64,000 nt of DNA from Alphaproteobacteria bacterium (GCA_965199265.1 CBDAQV010000001.1:316180-380179); one strand, 5' to 3'; shown: positions 28,955 through 41,425, numbered from the stretch's first letter. Notes: a model not told the origin generated them from the sequence alone. Translations and numbers: made by a program.

Positions 28955-31324
28955 TCAGCCGCGCAGTTTCGCCCCGGTCGCCTCGCTCACCGACTTCACC
29001 ACCGCCTTGCCGACCTCGTCGATTTCCGCGTCGGTCAGGGTTCGGTCGGCGGGTTGCAGCGTGATCGAGACGGCGACCGATTTCTGACCCTCCTCAATGC
29101 CTTTTCCGGTGTAGACGTCGAAGATTTCCGCCGACTGGATCAGCGCCTTGTCGGCCGCACGGACAGCCTTCAGCAAGGCGTCGGCCCTGACGTCGCTGGC
29201 GACGACGAAGGCGAAATCGCGCTCGACCGCCTGATAGGGCGAGAGCGCCAGCAGCGGCCGGGCCGATCTCTTCTGCTTCGGTTCTGGCAACGCGTCCAGG
29301 AAGATTTCCGCCGCCGCGACTGGATGGCTGCTTCCGTGCGCCTTCAGCACGTTCGGATGCAATTCACCGAAATACGCCAGCGGCTTGTGGCCCATTTTCA
29401 CCGTGCCGGACCGGCCGGGGTGATACCAGGCAGGTGCCCCGGCCTCGACCGACAGGCTGGCCGGCGCGCCCAGATGCGCCAGCAGCGTCATGGTGTCGGA
29501 CTTGACGTCGAATACGCCTGCGGCGCGGGCCTGCCCCGCCCAGCCGCGCGGCACGGCGTCGCCCGCGCGCACCAGCCCGGCGATGGTCTGCTGGCCGGAC
29601 TCGCGGTAGACCGGGCCAACCTCGAACAGCCCGCAATCCTTGACACCGCGCGCGGCATTACGCGCCACGGCGTCGATCAGGTTGGGCAGGATCGAGGTCC
29701 GCATCGCGTTCAGATCGGTGCTGATCGGATTCAGCAGCGTCAGGCTCTCGGCCTGCGGCTCGAACCGCGCCAGGGTTGCGGAGGACACGAACGAAAACGT
29801 AACCGCCTCATGCAGGCCTCGGCTGGCCAGCAGGCGTTTCGCCTGCATGGGGCGTTTCTGCAACGGAGTCAGTGCCGAACGTGTCGTCGCATTCATGCGC
29901 GGCAACGGCGTTGCCGGAATCTTGTCGTAGCTTTCGAGGCGCAGCAATTCCTCGACCAGGTCGGCCTCGCCGTGGACGTCGCCGCGCCAGCTGGGCGGGA
30001 TGATGGTGGTGCCTTCGAAACGGAAGCCGGCGTGCTCGAGCAGTTGCAGCTGTCGCTCACCGGCGAGCTCCACGCCGCCCAGCGTCTTGACGCGGTCCTC
30101 GCGCAAGGTGAGCTCGCGCCGCCAGTGCGGCTGCGATCCCGCGACCACGACCTCGCTCGCCTCGCCGCCGCACAGATCGACGATCATTTTCGTGGCCAGC
30201 TCGGCCGCGTCGAACACCAGCGCCGGGTCGAGGCCGCGCTCGAAGCGGTAGCGCGCATCGGATTGGATCTGCAGCTCGCGACCCATGGCGGCGACCGCGC
30301 CGGGGCGGAACAGCGCGACTTCGAGGAAGACGGAGGTGGTATCCTCGGTGCAGCCGCTCGCCTCGCCGCCGACGATGCCTGCCAGCGACACCGGACCGCC
30401 GCCGTCGGCTATGACGACGTGGCTGGGCTTTATCTGGTAAGTCTTGCCGTTCAGCGCTTCCAGGCTTTCGCCGTCATGCCCGTGACGGACGACCAGGCTG
30501 CCTTGCATCCGCGCGACATCGAAAACGTGGAGCGGCCGGCCGAGGTCGAAGGTGAAGTAGTTCGTGATGTCCACGAGCGCCGAAAGCGGGCGCAAACCGA
30601 TGGCGCGCAGCCGGTCCTGCAGCCAGCCGGGGCTGGGTCGGTTACTGACGCCGCGGATGGTGCGGCCCACGAATAACGGGCAGTCGCCGCGCGTGTCTTC
30701 CGCGATGGTCACACCGATCGGGCTGTCGAAAATGCCGGGCACCACGGTGCGGCGCAGCGGCTTGAAGCTTCCCATCCCGCCAGCGGCCAAGTCGCGCGCG
30801 ATTCCGTGCACGCTAGCGCAATCGGCGCGGTTGGGCGTCAGGCTGAGTTCAACGACGGGATCGCCGCTGTTCAACACTTCGCTGACCGGCTGGCCCGGTT
30901 GCGCGCCGGGTGGCAACTCCAGGATGCCGTCGGCGTCGCCGGACAGGCCCAGCTCGGCGGCCGAGCACAGCATGCCTTGGCTCTCGACGCCGCGGATAAT
31001 TCCGGCTTTCAGCGCTTGTCCCGTCGACGGGATCACGTCGCCGGGACGTGACACCACGACCTTAATCCCGGCGCGTGCGTTGGGGGCGCCGCAGACGATG
31101 GTAAGATGGCCGTTACCGGTATTCACGTCGCACACGCGCAGGCGGTCGGCATTGGGGTGCGGCTCCGCTCGCGTGATCTCGCCGACGATGAACGGCTTCA
31201 GCCCCGCGCCCGGCTGCTCGATACGCTCGACCTCATGGCCGAGTGCCGTCAGCTTTTCGGCGATCTGGCCGACATCGGCGTCGGTATCGAGGTGATCCTT
31301 CAGCCAGGACAGGGTGAACTTCAT
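28955..31324 (-). CDS. pheT: Phenylalanine--tRNA ligase beta subunit
   Basis: MKFTLSWLKDHLDT… starts the protein, which matches PheT over its full length. The upstream in-frame extension to 31381 is unlikely. Confidence 0.95.
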   Translation of the reverse strand: MKFTLSWLKDHLDTDADVGQIAEKLTALGHEVERIEQPGAGLKPFIVGEITRAEPHPNADRLRVCDVNTGNGHLTIVCGAPNARAGIKVVVSRPGDVIPSTGQALKAGIIRGVESQGMLCSAAELGLSGDADGILELPPGAQPGQPVSEVLNSGDPVVELSLTPNRADCASVHGIARDLAAGGMGSFKPLRRTVVPGIFDSPIGVTIAEDTRGDCPLFVGRTIRGVSNRPSPGWLQDRLRAIGLRPLSALVDITNYFTFDLGRPLHVFDVARMQGSLVVRHGHDGESLEALNGKTYQIKPSHVVIADGGGPVSLAGIVGGEASGCTEDTTSVFLEVALFRPGAVAAMGRELQIQSDARYRFERGLDPALVFDAAELATKMIVDLCGGEASEVVVAGSQPHWRRELTLREDRVKTLGGVELAGERQLQLLEHAGFRFEGTTIIPPSWRGDVHGEADLVEELLRLESYDKIPATPLPRMNATTRSALTPLQKRPMQAKRLLASRGLHEAVTFSFVSSATLARFEPQAESLTLLNPISTDLNAMRTSILPNLIDAVARNAARGVKDCGLFEVGPVYRESGQQTIAGLVRAGDAVPRGWAGQARAAGVFDVKSDTMTLLAHLGAPASLSVEAGAPAWYHPGRSGTVKMGHKPLAYFGELHPNVLKAHGSSHPVAAAEIFLDALPEPKQKRSARPLLALSPYQAVERDFAFVVASDVRADALLKAVRAADKALIQSAEIFDVYTGKGIEEGQKSVAVSITLQPADRTLTDAEIDEVGKAVVKSVSEATGAKLRG

Positions 31325-31409
31325 CGCGGGGCCGTTTGGTATGGTGAAGGGTTGAATATATAGCACTGTCATTGCGTGCACAGCACGGAATACGTCGCCG
31401 TAACGACAA

Positions 31410-32030
31410 CTATGATCCGGTGGGCCACGCCTTCATGGCAGCCTCGACCGTGGCCAGCAGCGAAGCGCGCGTCGCGCCGTCTCGCGCCAGCACCGATAGG
31501 CCCTGGATCAGCGCGATCACCAGCCCCGAGAGCGCGCCGGCCTGGGTCTGGGCGGGCAGTACCTTGTCCGCGATGTCGCGCTCGATCCGTACTTTCAGCA
31601 GGGCTTCGATCCCGCCCCGGATCGAGGCGACTTCCTGCCGGACGTCTGCCGATCCCGCCGATCCGCTAGCCGTCGCGCTTGCCAGCAGGCAACCCGGCGG
31701 CGTCGACTCTCCCGTGAACGCGATTGCGGCGGCACGCAGCATACCGTGTGCCGCTTCGTATGATGTCGCGGCGACGTCGATGGTGCGCGCCATGGCGTCG
31801 CGCTCGCCCGCGTAGCGCTGAACCGCTGCCAGGAACAGCTGTTTCTTGTCGCCGAACGCGGCGTACAGGCTGGGAGCGCTTATGTTCATCGCGGCGGTCA
31901 GGTCGCTGATCGACGTAGTCTCGTAGCCGTAACGCCAGAAAGTCAGCATCGCGCGCTGGAGGACGGCGTCCTTGTCGAAGGAGAGCGGACGGCCGGTTCG
32001 ACGCCTCGCCACCGGTTCATGAACTTCCAT
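31410..32030 (-). CDS. TetR-family transcriptional regulator
   Basis: The N-terminal HTH reads …FDKDAVLQRAMLTFWRYGYETTSISDLTAAMNISAPSLYAAFGDK…. Confidence 0.8.
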   Translation of the reverse strand: MEVHEPVARRRTGRPLSFDKDAVLQRAMLTFWRYGYETTSISDLTAAMNISAPSLYAAFGDKKQLFLAAVQRYAGERDAMARTIDVAATSYEAAHGMLRAAAIAFTGESTPPGCLLASATASGSAGSADVRQEVASIRGGIEALLKVRIERDIADKVLPAQTQAGALSGLVIALIQGLSVLARDGATRASLLATVEAAMKAWPTGS

Positions 32031-32107
32031 AACGATCGCTCCGAAACAGGTTGCCCAGTGTTCTGAAATAACATATCCGTATCGAACACTACAGAAGGTC
32101 AAAATCA

Positions 32108-33184
32108 ATGTCGCTTACCAATTTTCGCACGCTCGGCCGCTCGGGGCTGGTCGTCAGCCCTTTGGCCCTCGGAACGATGACCTTCGGGCCTGGCGGCTGG
32201 GGCGCGGACGAGGCGACATCGCGCGCGGTCTTCGATGCCTACCGCGGCGCGGGCGGCAATTTCGTGGATACCGCCGATATCTATACGAGCGGCACGAGCG
32301 AGGAATTCGTTGGCCGGTTCATCAAGGACAGCAGGTCGCGCGACGATGTCGTCCTGGCGACGAAGTTCGCGTTCAACGGTTCGTCAAGCCCGCTCGCGGC
32401 AACACAGGGCGGCGGCGGCAACCCGAACGCGGGCGGCGCCGGGGCGAAGAACATTCACCGTGCGCTCGATGCCTCGCTGAAGCGGCTCGGAACCGAGTAC
32501 ATCGACCTGTACTGGATGCACATCTGGGACGGCGTCACGCCGGTCGAGGAGATCGTGCAGACGCTGGGCGACCTCGTCCGCGCGGGCAAGATCCGGTACT
32601 ACGCCCTGTCTGACATCCCGGCATGGCTGGCGATGAAAGCCGCCACGATCGCCTCCGAGCGGCGCATCCCGGGTCCGGTCGCGATGCAGGTAGAGTACTC
32701 GCTGGTCGCGCGCGACGTGGAGGGCGAGCACTTTCCGGCGGCGCGGGAGGCGGGCATGGGCGTGCTGCCGTGGAGCCCGCTCGCGGGTGGCTTCCTCACG
32801 GGCAAGTACAAGCGCGAGGACACGGGCAACACCGGCCGCCTCAGCGGCGCGAACCCGTTCGGGAACAGCAAGTTCACCGACCGGAACTGGAGCATCCTCG
32901 ACACGCTGAAGGAGATCGCGGGAGAAGCCGGGCGTTCCGCCGCGCAGGTGGCGCTGGCCTGGGCCATGGCACGCCCGGGCGTCACCTCGACGATCATCGG
33001 GGCAAGGACGGTGCAGCAGCTCGAAAGCAACATCGCGGCGACCGACATCCGGCTGAGCGAGAAGCAGATGACGCGCCTGAACGAGGCCAGCGCCCCAGCA
33101 CTGGGGTTCAGCGCGGCACTGACGATGCCGATGATCCGCCGCATGGTCTTTGGCGGCAACGAGGTGACCGGCTGGGGCGAGTAG
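32108..33184 (+). CDS. Aldo/keto reductase (divergent from TetR)
   Basis: …LGRSGLVVSPLALGTMTFG…DTADIYT…IDLYWMH… are AKR blocks. Confidence 0.9.
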   Translation: MSLTNFRTLGRSGLVVSPLALGTMTFGPGGWGADEATSRAVFDAYRGAGGNFVDTADIYTSGTSEEFVGRFIKDSRSRDDVVLATKFAFNGSSSPLAATQGGGGNPNAGGAGAKNIHRALDASLKRLGTEYIDLYWMHIWDGVTPVEEIVQTLGDLVRAGKIRYYALSDIPAWLAMKAATIASERRIPGPVAMQVEYSLVARDVEGEHFPAAREAGMGVLPWSPLAGGFLTGKYKREDTGNTGRLSGANPFGNSKFTDRNWSILDTLKEIAGEAGRSAAQVALAWAMARPGVTSTIIGARTVQQLESNIAATDIRLSEKQMTRLNEASAPALGFSAALTMPMIRRMVFGGNEVTGWGE

Positions 33185-33249
33185 ACGGCGGCGTCACACG
33201 GCGGCAGGGCACGCTGGTACGGATTCCGGCCGTGCCGGCCGAAATGGCG

Positions 33250-34317
33250 TTATAGTCCCATGGCGAGGCTCGGCTGGTCGAGCATGGAGAAGCCGTAATG
33301 CTTCAGCCAGCGCATGTCCGCCTCGTAGAACGAGCGGATGTCGGGGATGCCGTATTTGAGCATGGCGATGCGTTCCACGCCAAAACCGAGCGCGAAGCCT
33401 TGGTAGCGCTCCGGATCGATGCCGCAGTTCTTGAGGACGTTCGGGTGCACCATCCCGCAGCCGCCAAGCTCCAGCCAGTCGCCGTAGTTGCCCAGCTTCA
33501 GCTTGCCGCCCTTGCGGTCACAGCCGAGATCGAGCTCGGCCGAGGGTTCGGTGAACGGGAAGAAGCTGGGGCGGAAGCGCACGGGCAAATCGTCTATGCC
33601 GAAGAAGGCACGGGCGAACTCCATCACCGTCCAGCGTAGGTGAGCCATAGAGATGTTCTCGTCGATCGCCAGAAGTTCGAACTGATGGAACATGGGCGAG
33701 TGCGTCTGGTCGTTCTCGTTTCTGAACGTTCTTCCGGGCGAGACAATGCGGATAGGCGGCGTCTTGTTCATCATCGTGCGAATCTGCACGTTCGATGTCT
33801 GGGTTCTCAGCAGGCGCGTTTTCCCTTCGGCATCGGATGGAAGGTAGAACGTGTCCTGCATCTGGCGCGCGGGATGGTCCTCGGACAGGTTCAGCGCCTC
33901 GAAATTGTGCCAGTCGTCCTCGATGTCCGGTCCTTCGGCAAGGCTGAAACCCATATCGGCGAAGATCGCCACGATCTCGTCGATCGTCTGGCTGATCGGA
34001 TGGATCGTGCCGGTTTCAACCCGGACGGGCAGGGTGACGTCGAGCCGCTCGGTCTCGAGCCGCTGCGCCAGCGCCGCCTCGCTCAGGCTCGCCTCGCGCG
34101 TCTCCAGCGCCGCTGTCACTTCCGCCTTGGCGCTGTTGACGGTGGCGCCGAACGCGGCGCGCTCGTTCGGGCCCATCTGGCCCAGGGTCTGCATCGCACC
34201 GGCGAAACTGCCTTTCTTGCCGAGGGCGGCGAGGCGCACGGCTTCCAGCGCCGCCAGGTCGCTCGCCTCGCCGATCGCGGTCAGGATCTCGGTCTTCAAC
34301 TCGTCGATGTGCTGCAT
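33250..34317 (-). CDS. pheS: Phenylalanine--tRNA ligase alpha subunit
   Basis: …FRNE…HQFE…GFALGFGVERIAML… are class II aaRS motifs. Confidence 0.95.
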   Translation of the reverse strand: MQHIDELKTEILTAIGEASDLAALEAVRLAALGKKGSFAGAMQTLGQMGPNERAAFGATVNSAKAEVTAALETREASLSEAALAQRLETERLDVTLPVRVETGTIHPISQTIDEIVAIFADMGFSLAEGPDIEDDWHNFEALNLSEDHPARQMQDTFYLPSDAEGKTRLLRTQTSNVQIRTMMNKTPPIRIVSPGRTFRNENDQTHSPMFHQFELLAIDENISMAHLRWTVMEFARAFFGIDDLPVRFRPSFFPFTEPSAELDLGCDRKGGKLKLGNYGDWLELGGCGMVHPNVLKNCGIDPERYQGFALGFGVERIAMLKYGIPDIRSFYEADMRWLKHYGFSMLDQPSLAMGL

Positions 34318-34321
34318 GGGC

Positions 34322-34864
34322 TTATGTGCCAGAGGAAGTTTGGAGGTCGCAAAGGTAACGCTTCACATCGCGGGTTCGGGTGAACCTGTATTTGGCAAGA
34401 TGGGCATAGCGCGGATCGGAAAGCAATCTCGGGTATCGCGCGCGATTCTTGCCGTAGCTTTTCACGAACCATAGCAGAATCGACTCGCGGCTGAGAAACG
34501 TCTTGTGGAAGGACTCCCGGTTGCCCGCCCACAGCTCCTCGCGCCGGAACGCGCGCCGCAAAGTCCGGCGCAGCAGCCGGGCGAACGTAATGGCGGCGGG
34601 AAAGTCCAGCCAGATCAGCGTGTCCGCGCGGTCCCAGATCAGGTCGCGCGCCTTGCTGTAATTGCCGTCCACCACCCAAGCGCCATCTTCCAGCGCGGCG
34701 GCGACGCGGGCGCGGAACAGCTCGGTTGTGGTCTCCGTCCAGTTCGCCTCCCAGTGCAGCGCGTCGAGTTCAACGTGAGGCACATGCAGGATCGCGGAAA
34801 TCCACCGAGCAAGCGTGGACTTGCCTGATCCTGTGGTGCCGATGATGACGATACGGCGTGGCAT
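34322..34864 (-). CDS. P-loop NTPase (adenylate-kinase/topology-modulation-like) inserted between rplT and pheS
   Basis: The Walker A is RIVIIGTTGSGKSTLA. Confidence 0.7.
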   Translation of the reverse strand: MPRRIVIIGTTGSGKSTLARWISAILHVPHVELDALHWEANWTETTTELFRARVAAALEDGAWVVDGNYSKARDLIWDRADTLIWLDFPAAITFARLLRRTLRRAFRREELWAGNRESFHKTFLSRESILLWFVKSYGKNRARYPRLLSDPRYAHLAKYRFTRTRDVKRYLCDLQTSSGT

Positions 34865-34870
34865 GGAGGC

Positions 34871-34895
34871 AAAAAGGGGGCTTGCGCCCCCTCCT
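34871..34895 (-). terminator. Rho-independent terminator after rplT
   Basis: A stem gggggc-ttgc-gccccc has an A-run on the + strand, which is a U-run on the - strand. Confidence 0.65.
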
Positions 34896-34916
34896 GTCAA
34901 TAATATCCGGGTTGAA

Positions 34917-35282
34917 TCAAGCCGCTTTGTTCAGGCCCGTCTTTGCCTGCTCGACCAGCGTGGCGAAGGCTTCGGGTTCCAGCGCGGCGATGTCGGCCAG
35001 CACCTTGCGGTCGAGGTCGATGCCGGTCTTCTTCAGCCCGCCCATGAATTGCGAGTAGGTAAGGCCGTGCAGGCGCGCCCCGGCGTTGATGCGCTGGATC
35101 CACAACGCGCGGAAGTCGCGCTTCTTGTTGCGGCGGTCGCGGTAGGCGTATTGCAGCCCCTTCTCGACCTTTTCCAGCGCGATGCGGTAATTGGTCGACG
35201 ACCGGCCGCGGTAACCTTTCGCGAGGTCGAGAACTTTTTTGTGTCGAGCGTGGGACGTCTGGCCCCGTTTCACGTGCGCCAT
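34917..35282 (-). CDS. rplT: 50S ribosomal protein L20
   Basis: [27 protein letters not shown]…[16 protein letters not shown] is canonical L20. Confidence 0.95.
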   Translation of the reverse strand: MAHVKRGQTSHARHKKVLDLAKGYRGRSSTNYRIALEKVEKGLQYAYRDRRNKKRDFRALWIQRINAGARLHGLTYSQFMGGLKKTGIDLDRKVLADIAALEPEAFATLVEQAKTGLNKAA

Positions 35283-35286
35283 GGTG

Positions 35287-35499
35287 TCAGACCTTCCTCT
35301 TGCGCTGGTAGGGGAGCCATTGGCGCACCAGGCCCGCGTCGCATTCGTTCAAAAGGCCGGTACCGCGGTTGCGGACCTTGGCCGAATGCGGCTTGCTGAT
35401 CAGGCGGTGCTGGGTGTTGGCCCGCTTGCACTTCACCTTGCCGGTGGCGGTCACGCTGAAACGCTTCTTCGCCCCGCTCTTCGTCTTCATCTTGGGCAT
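35287..35499 (-). CDS. rpmI: 50S ribosomal protein L35
   Basis: [14 protein letters not shown]…LPY is canonical L35, with an internal start at 35499. Confidence 0.9.
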   Translation of the reverse strand: MPKMKTKSGAKKRFSVTATGKVKCKRANTQHRLISKPHSAKVRNRGTGLLNECDAGLVRQWLPYQRKRKV

Positions 35500-35627
35500 T
35501 TTGTCCTCACGGAGTGGAAGCACCGGAATGGTGCGGAACAGGCGGTTGGGCATGCCCGGAACGTAAAGTCCCGCCTCGCCACCTGAGTGAACGCGCGTTT
35601 ATACGGGCGTGTGGAGCGAAATGCAAG

Positions 35628-36095
35628 CTAGGCGTTGAGCTGAGCAACCCTTAAAACCAGCGCTGTCGCAAAGCACAGCCAGCCCAGCAGAGGCAACAGC
35701 ATCAACCCCGCGCGGCAGCCGCGGCGGCGGGCGCGAAAGGCGATGGCGGCGGTGAGGGCGAACGTCACGAGGATGCCCGCCAGTCCCGGCATGCGGTCCT
35801 GGAAGCCCAGCGTATAGAACGGGTAGGCGAGGCATAGCACGACCAGCACCACGATCAGCCTGGCCCCGTTCGGGTCGTCCGACTTCAGTGCCAGCCAGCG
35901 CGCCGCGCCCATGGTGCCGAACAGGACCGTCCAGACGATGCCGACGACGTAGCCCGGCGGCGCCCAGGACGGCTGGATGTCGCGGTCCGGCTGCCGCCAG
36001 CCAAGCGCGAAGATCAGGCCGTTGGTAGCCAGCGCCAGCGCGACGAAAACCGCGACCTGGACGGCCAGGCCCCGCCGAGACCAAAGCTTGCGCAA
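35628..36095 (-). CDS. tspO: TspO/MBR-family tryptophan-rich sensory protein
   Basis: Five TM helices and Trp-rich motifs (…GYVVGIVWTVLFGTMGAARWLAL…) are present. The start is uncertain; a TTG at 36095 abuts the upstream gene's stop. Confidence 0.7.
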   Translation of the reverse strand: MRKLWSRRGLAVQVAVFVALALATNGLIFALGWRQPDRDIQPSWAPPGYVVGIVWTVLFGTMGAARWLALKSDDPNGARLIVVLVVLCLAYPFYTLGFQDRMPGLAGILVTFALTAAIAFRARRRGCRAGLMLLPLLGWLCFATALVLRVAQLNA

Positions 36096-36097
36096 GC

Positions 36098-36670
36098 TTA
36101 CCCCGGCTTCGGGAGTTTGGGTTTGGGAGCGGACGGGGCGGGACGCGCGCCGGCATGTTCCGTTTGCCACTCCTCCCACAGCGCCGCCACGTCCCGCTTG
36201 TCGGAGTCCAGCATCTTGAAACCGGCGCTGCTCCTGGCGTAGCGCGGATCGTCGCCGGGCGTGACGATCACCGGCGGCGCCTTGAACTGGTCCCCGGTGA
36301 TATCGACGATCATGCCGTCGGCCAGCACCCAGGAATGCCCCTGACGCACGCCTGCGACCAGAAAGCCTTCGCCGGTATCGGTGCCGGCCTGGAACTTGGC
36401 ATCATGGCCTTGCTGCTTGAGCACCTGCTCCAGGAACCTGCTGGACAGCACGCATTGCTGGGCCGATGGAGTTGGCGGCGGGGTCGCGTACGACAGGCCC
36501 CTGGTCCAGCGCGGCTCCAGAAATGCACGCACCTCGGTCGCGATCGCGGTCAGGCGTTCGACTGTGTCGGCGTCCTGGCCGGGAGCGCCGGCCGCCGGTG
36601 CCTCCGCGCCCTTGCGCAGCGAGCCGAACAGGCTTTGGGACGGGCGGCTGCCTTTGTCTGACATGTCCAA
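36098..36670 (-). CDS. Hypothetical protein
   Basis: A 190-aa ORF lies upstream of tspO on the same strand. It has no motifs. Confidence 0.45.
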   Translation of the reverse strand: MDMSDKGSRPSQSLFGSLRKGAEAPAAGAPGQDADTVERLTAIATEVRAFLEPRWTRGLSYATPPPTPSAQQCVLSSRFLEQVLKQQGHDAKFQAGTDTGEGFLVAGVRQGHSWVLADGMIVDITGDQFKAPPVIVTPGDDPRYARSSAGFKMLDSDKRDVAALWEEWQTEHAGARPAPSAPKPKLPKPG

Positions 36671-36904
36671 GTTCTAGCAGGTTCGGACGGCAGGAGCAAC
36701 GCCGCCGCCGTTAGCGCAGGGCCATCGCTTGAAGTACCTTCAACTCTGACAGATGTTTGACCTGACGCCACTGTATTTGCGTCATCCCGTGCGCAGCACG
36801 GAATCCATAGCGACAGTGCCGCGTCGGAGGTATGGATCTCGGCTGGCACGGCCAGAATAACGGGCTGGCTTTTCTCTGCAAAGAATTCCTTGCGTAAATG
36901 TCGG

Positions 36905-36940
36905 AGCAAAAAAGGCGGCGCGCTTGCGCGGCCGCCCTCT
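36905..36940 (-). terminator. Rho-independent terminator of the Mn-catalase gene
   Basis: A hairpin ggcggccgcgcaagcgcgccgcc is followed by tttttt on the - strand. Confidence 0.7.
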
Positions 36941-36959
36941 TGCGTCGAAACCCGACGGC

Positions 36960-37886
36960 TCAGCGCGACTTCTTGAACAGCTTGGTCGCGATCTCGAACA
37001 TTTCCTCCGGCGCGTATTCCGGAGTGAAGGCCGTCGCGTTGCCGGTCAGGTTGGCGATCTTGGCGCCGTCGGGCGCGCCCTCGACCACTTCCAGCTCGCC
37101 TGGCGGGTCGCCCGGCAACGCTTGCTCGCCGTTGCCCCAGATACCCGCCATCTCCTTGTACGTGTCGCCCTGGCTGTTGGTGTACAGGAAGCGGTGCTTG
37201 CCCGCCTGCAGGTACTTGTCGCACTCGGGGATCTTGGACAGGTCGATGTTCGGCACCGGCAGCATCTTTTCGATGTTGACGCCCGTCAGCTTCTTGAGCG
37301 CCAGCGCGTAGGCGTGGGCGTGGACCGAGCCGCGCACCAGCAGGTACGCACACACTTCGCGGCCCGTCGGCCCACTCAGCGTCTGATAGGTGCGCAGCTT
37401 GTGGATGCGCGCGCCGCATTCGAGGTGGAAGTTGAACAGCGTGTCCATGATGAGGTTGCCCGTGCTGGTCACGAACGTGCCGTTCCAGGGGATGCCGTTG
37501 CTGTCCACCGGCATCGCGCCGCCGCCGTTCGAGATGAACGACGCCGCCGAGCGGATGTCCACCATGTCGGCGAAAGGCGAGTCGGAGATATCCGCGTCGC
37601 CTTCCTCGTTCGCCGGATCGTCCGGGCCGTTCGCCAGCATGGCGACCCCGTTCGACACCAGTTCGACGTGGCCGACTTCCTCGGCGGTGATCGAGGCGAC
37701 GATGCTGTAGAAGGGCCGCAGCTTCGCCTTGGAGCGGAAGTTGAAGCTCTGGTACATGTAGTTGTTCAGCGTGGACATTTCGCCGTACTTGCCGCCCAGC
37801 AGCTCCTGCAAGGCCGCGGCCTCGTTCGGGTCCTGTTTGGTCGGCTCGGGGATGGCGGTCAGCAGCTGGTCTAGGCGCAGGAACAT
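36960..37886 (-). CDS. Manganese catalase (pseudocatalase) family protein
   Basis: MFLRLDQLL…[22 protein letters not shown]…AEEVGHVEL… is the ferritin-like Mn-catalase signature. Confidence 0.85.
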   Translation of the reverse strand: MFLRLDQLLTAIPEPTKQDPNEAAALQELLGGKYGEMSTLNNYMYQSFNFRSKAKLRPFYSIVASITAEEVGHVELVSNGVAMLANGPDDPANEEGDADISDSPFADMVDIRSAASFISNGGGAMPVDSNGIPWNGTFVTSTGNLIMDTLFNFHLECGARIHKLRTYQTLSGPTGREVCAYLLVRGSVHAHAYALALKKLTGVNIEKMLPVPNIDLSKIPECDKYLQAGKHRFLYTNSQGDTYKEMAGIWGNGEQALPGDPPGELEVVEGAPDGAKIANLTGNATAFTPEYAPEEMFEIATKLFKKSR

Positions 37887-38016
37887 CGGGGTAGCCTCGG
37901 TTTGGTTTCGGGGTGGTAAGCCGCCCGGCGACGTTACGTTCCTATTCACCGTTCGCATTTGTTCTAAGTGCCGCGCCGCCCTTTGTCAGTCCTGCGTTCC
38001 CGACTATATAAAACCC

Positions 38017-40149
<2,133 letters not shown>

Positions 40150-40234
40150 GCATTCAGCCGCGCTCTTCAGCCATCTTCGCCTCGGATCGCCTGCTGCATC
40201 GGCATCAGGCGATCGCCGTTCGCTCTTCTACCCG

Positions 40235-41425
40235 TCAGTCCAGCGCGCGCGAGAAAGGCTCCAAGTTCCAGCGGCTATTGCCGCGGCGCAGGGTCTCCAG
40301 CGCGTTGCGCTGGAGCTTTGCGACTCCTGGTTTCGATACCTGCAGCAACTCGCCTATGGCCTTGAGGGTTGCCTCCTGTTTTTCCGGAAGGCGCTCGTCG
40401 CCGAGGCCGAACGCCAAGGAAAGTACTTTCGACTGGCGCGGAGGCAGCGACTGCAAAGCTTGCCCAAGGCGGGCATGAAGCTGCTTGCGCAAGATTCCTG
40501 TCACCATGTCGGCTTCCGGATTGTACGTCGTCTTCGTGTCGGCGAGCGCGCGGTCGCGGCCGTAGAGCTCCGGGTGCTCGAACGGGTGGTCGTCGCGCCG
40601 CACGCTTCGCCATTTGCGGACTTCGTTCGGCTTCATTCCCAGTTCCCGCGCGACCTGCTCCGCGCTGGGCAGGACGCCATCGCGCGCGATCGCTTGGGTT
40701 TCGGCATCTTGCACCGCGTCGAGCGTCGAGTGGACATGCGCGGGGACTTGGATGGTCGAGCTGTGCTGCAGTACGTAACTTTTCGCGTAGCCTACAATGT
40801 ATGTTTTAGCATAGCTGGAAAAACTAAGCTGGCTTGCGGCATCCCAGCGGTCCACCGCGTTCACAAGGCCGAGTACGCCCTCGGACCCGATGTCCTTGTG
40901 GTCGGGCCGGTCGGCATAGCCATGGAGAAAGCGAGGCACCAGCGGCAGGTTGGCTTCCGCCATGCGCCCCTTTGCATCGATCAGTCGCGCGGATGCATGG
41001 CTCGTTTTCGTGTTCAGCGCCTGTGCCTGCGCGGGCTCGGCATAGCCAGCGCTTACCGCCGCCTGCGGCACGCCGGCGATCAGCTTGTCGGGCAGGCGCA
41101 CGTCCAGCATGCGATCGATGAGTTCGGCGCGGGCCAGCGGCGTCACGCGCGCCTTCGCTGTCAGCGCGTAGCAAGTTTCCCCAATACCGCTGGCCCGGGC
41201 CCGAACCACGCGCTCGGCGATGGGCTCAGTACCGGCAAAGCGAGGAACATGGACGTGGACAGACCTTTCCAGGAACCTGTTCGTCCCGGCTTCTCGGTAC
41301 AGGTCGCCCAGCACGGCAAGGCCCGGCTTGCTGGCGCATAGCACATCGAGGATATCGCGCCGGGCATGGTCCATAGCAGCGGCGAAGCCGCGGTTCAAAA
41401 CGTAAAAAGACGGTTTATCGGGCAC
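40235..41425 (-). CDS. Sigma-70-family RNA polymerase sigma factor (RpoH/group-3-like regions 2-4) with an unusual 150-aa N-terminal extension
   Basis: Region 2 reads DIGSEGVLGLVNAVDRWD…FSSYAKTYIVGYAK. The region 4 HTH reads …ATLKAIGELLQVSKPGVAKLQRNALETLR. The start at 41425 is a GTG. Confidence 0.75.
   Translation of the reverse strand: MPDKPSFYVLNRGFAAAMDHARRDILDVLCASKPGLAVLGDLYREAGTNRFLERSVHVHVPRFAGTEPIAERVVRARASGIGETCYALTAKARVTPLARAELIDRMLDVRLPDKLIAGVPQAAVSAGYAEPAQAQALNTKTSHASARLIDAKGRMAEANLPLVPRFLHGYADRPDHKDIGSEGVLGLVNAVDRWDAASQLSFSSYAKTYIVGYAKSYVLQHSSTIQVPAHVHSTLDAVQDAETQAIARDGVLPSAEQVARELGMKPNEVRKWRSVRRDDHPFEHPELYGRDRALADTKTTYNPEADMVTGILRKQLHARLGQALQSLPPRQSKVLSLAFGLGDERLPEKQEATLKAIGELLQVSKPGVAKLQRNALETLRRGNSRWNLEPFSRALD

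Noticed and set aside
37921-37960. A candidate LexA box upstream of uvrB.
   Set aside because: The spacing is GTTC-N6-GTTC, not the N7 of the alphaproteobacterial consensus. It is kept only as a low-confidence regulatory observation.
40460-41341. A 293-aa + strand ORF antisense to the sigma-factor gene.
   Set aside because: The sigma-70 regions 2 and 4 are clearly encoded on the - strand. The antisense frame has no motifs.
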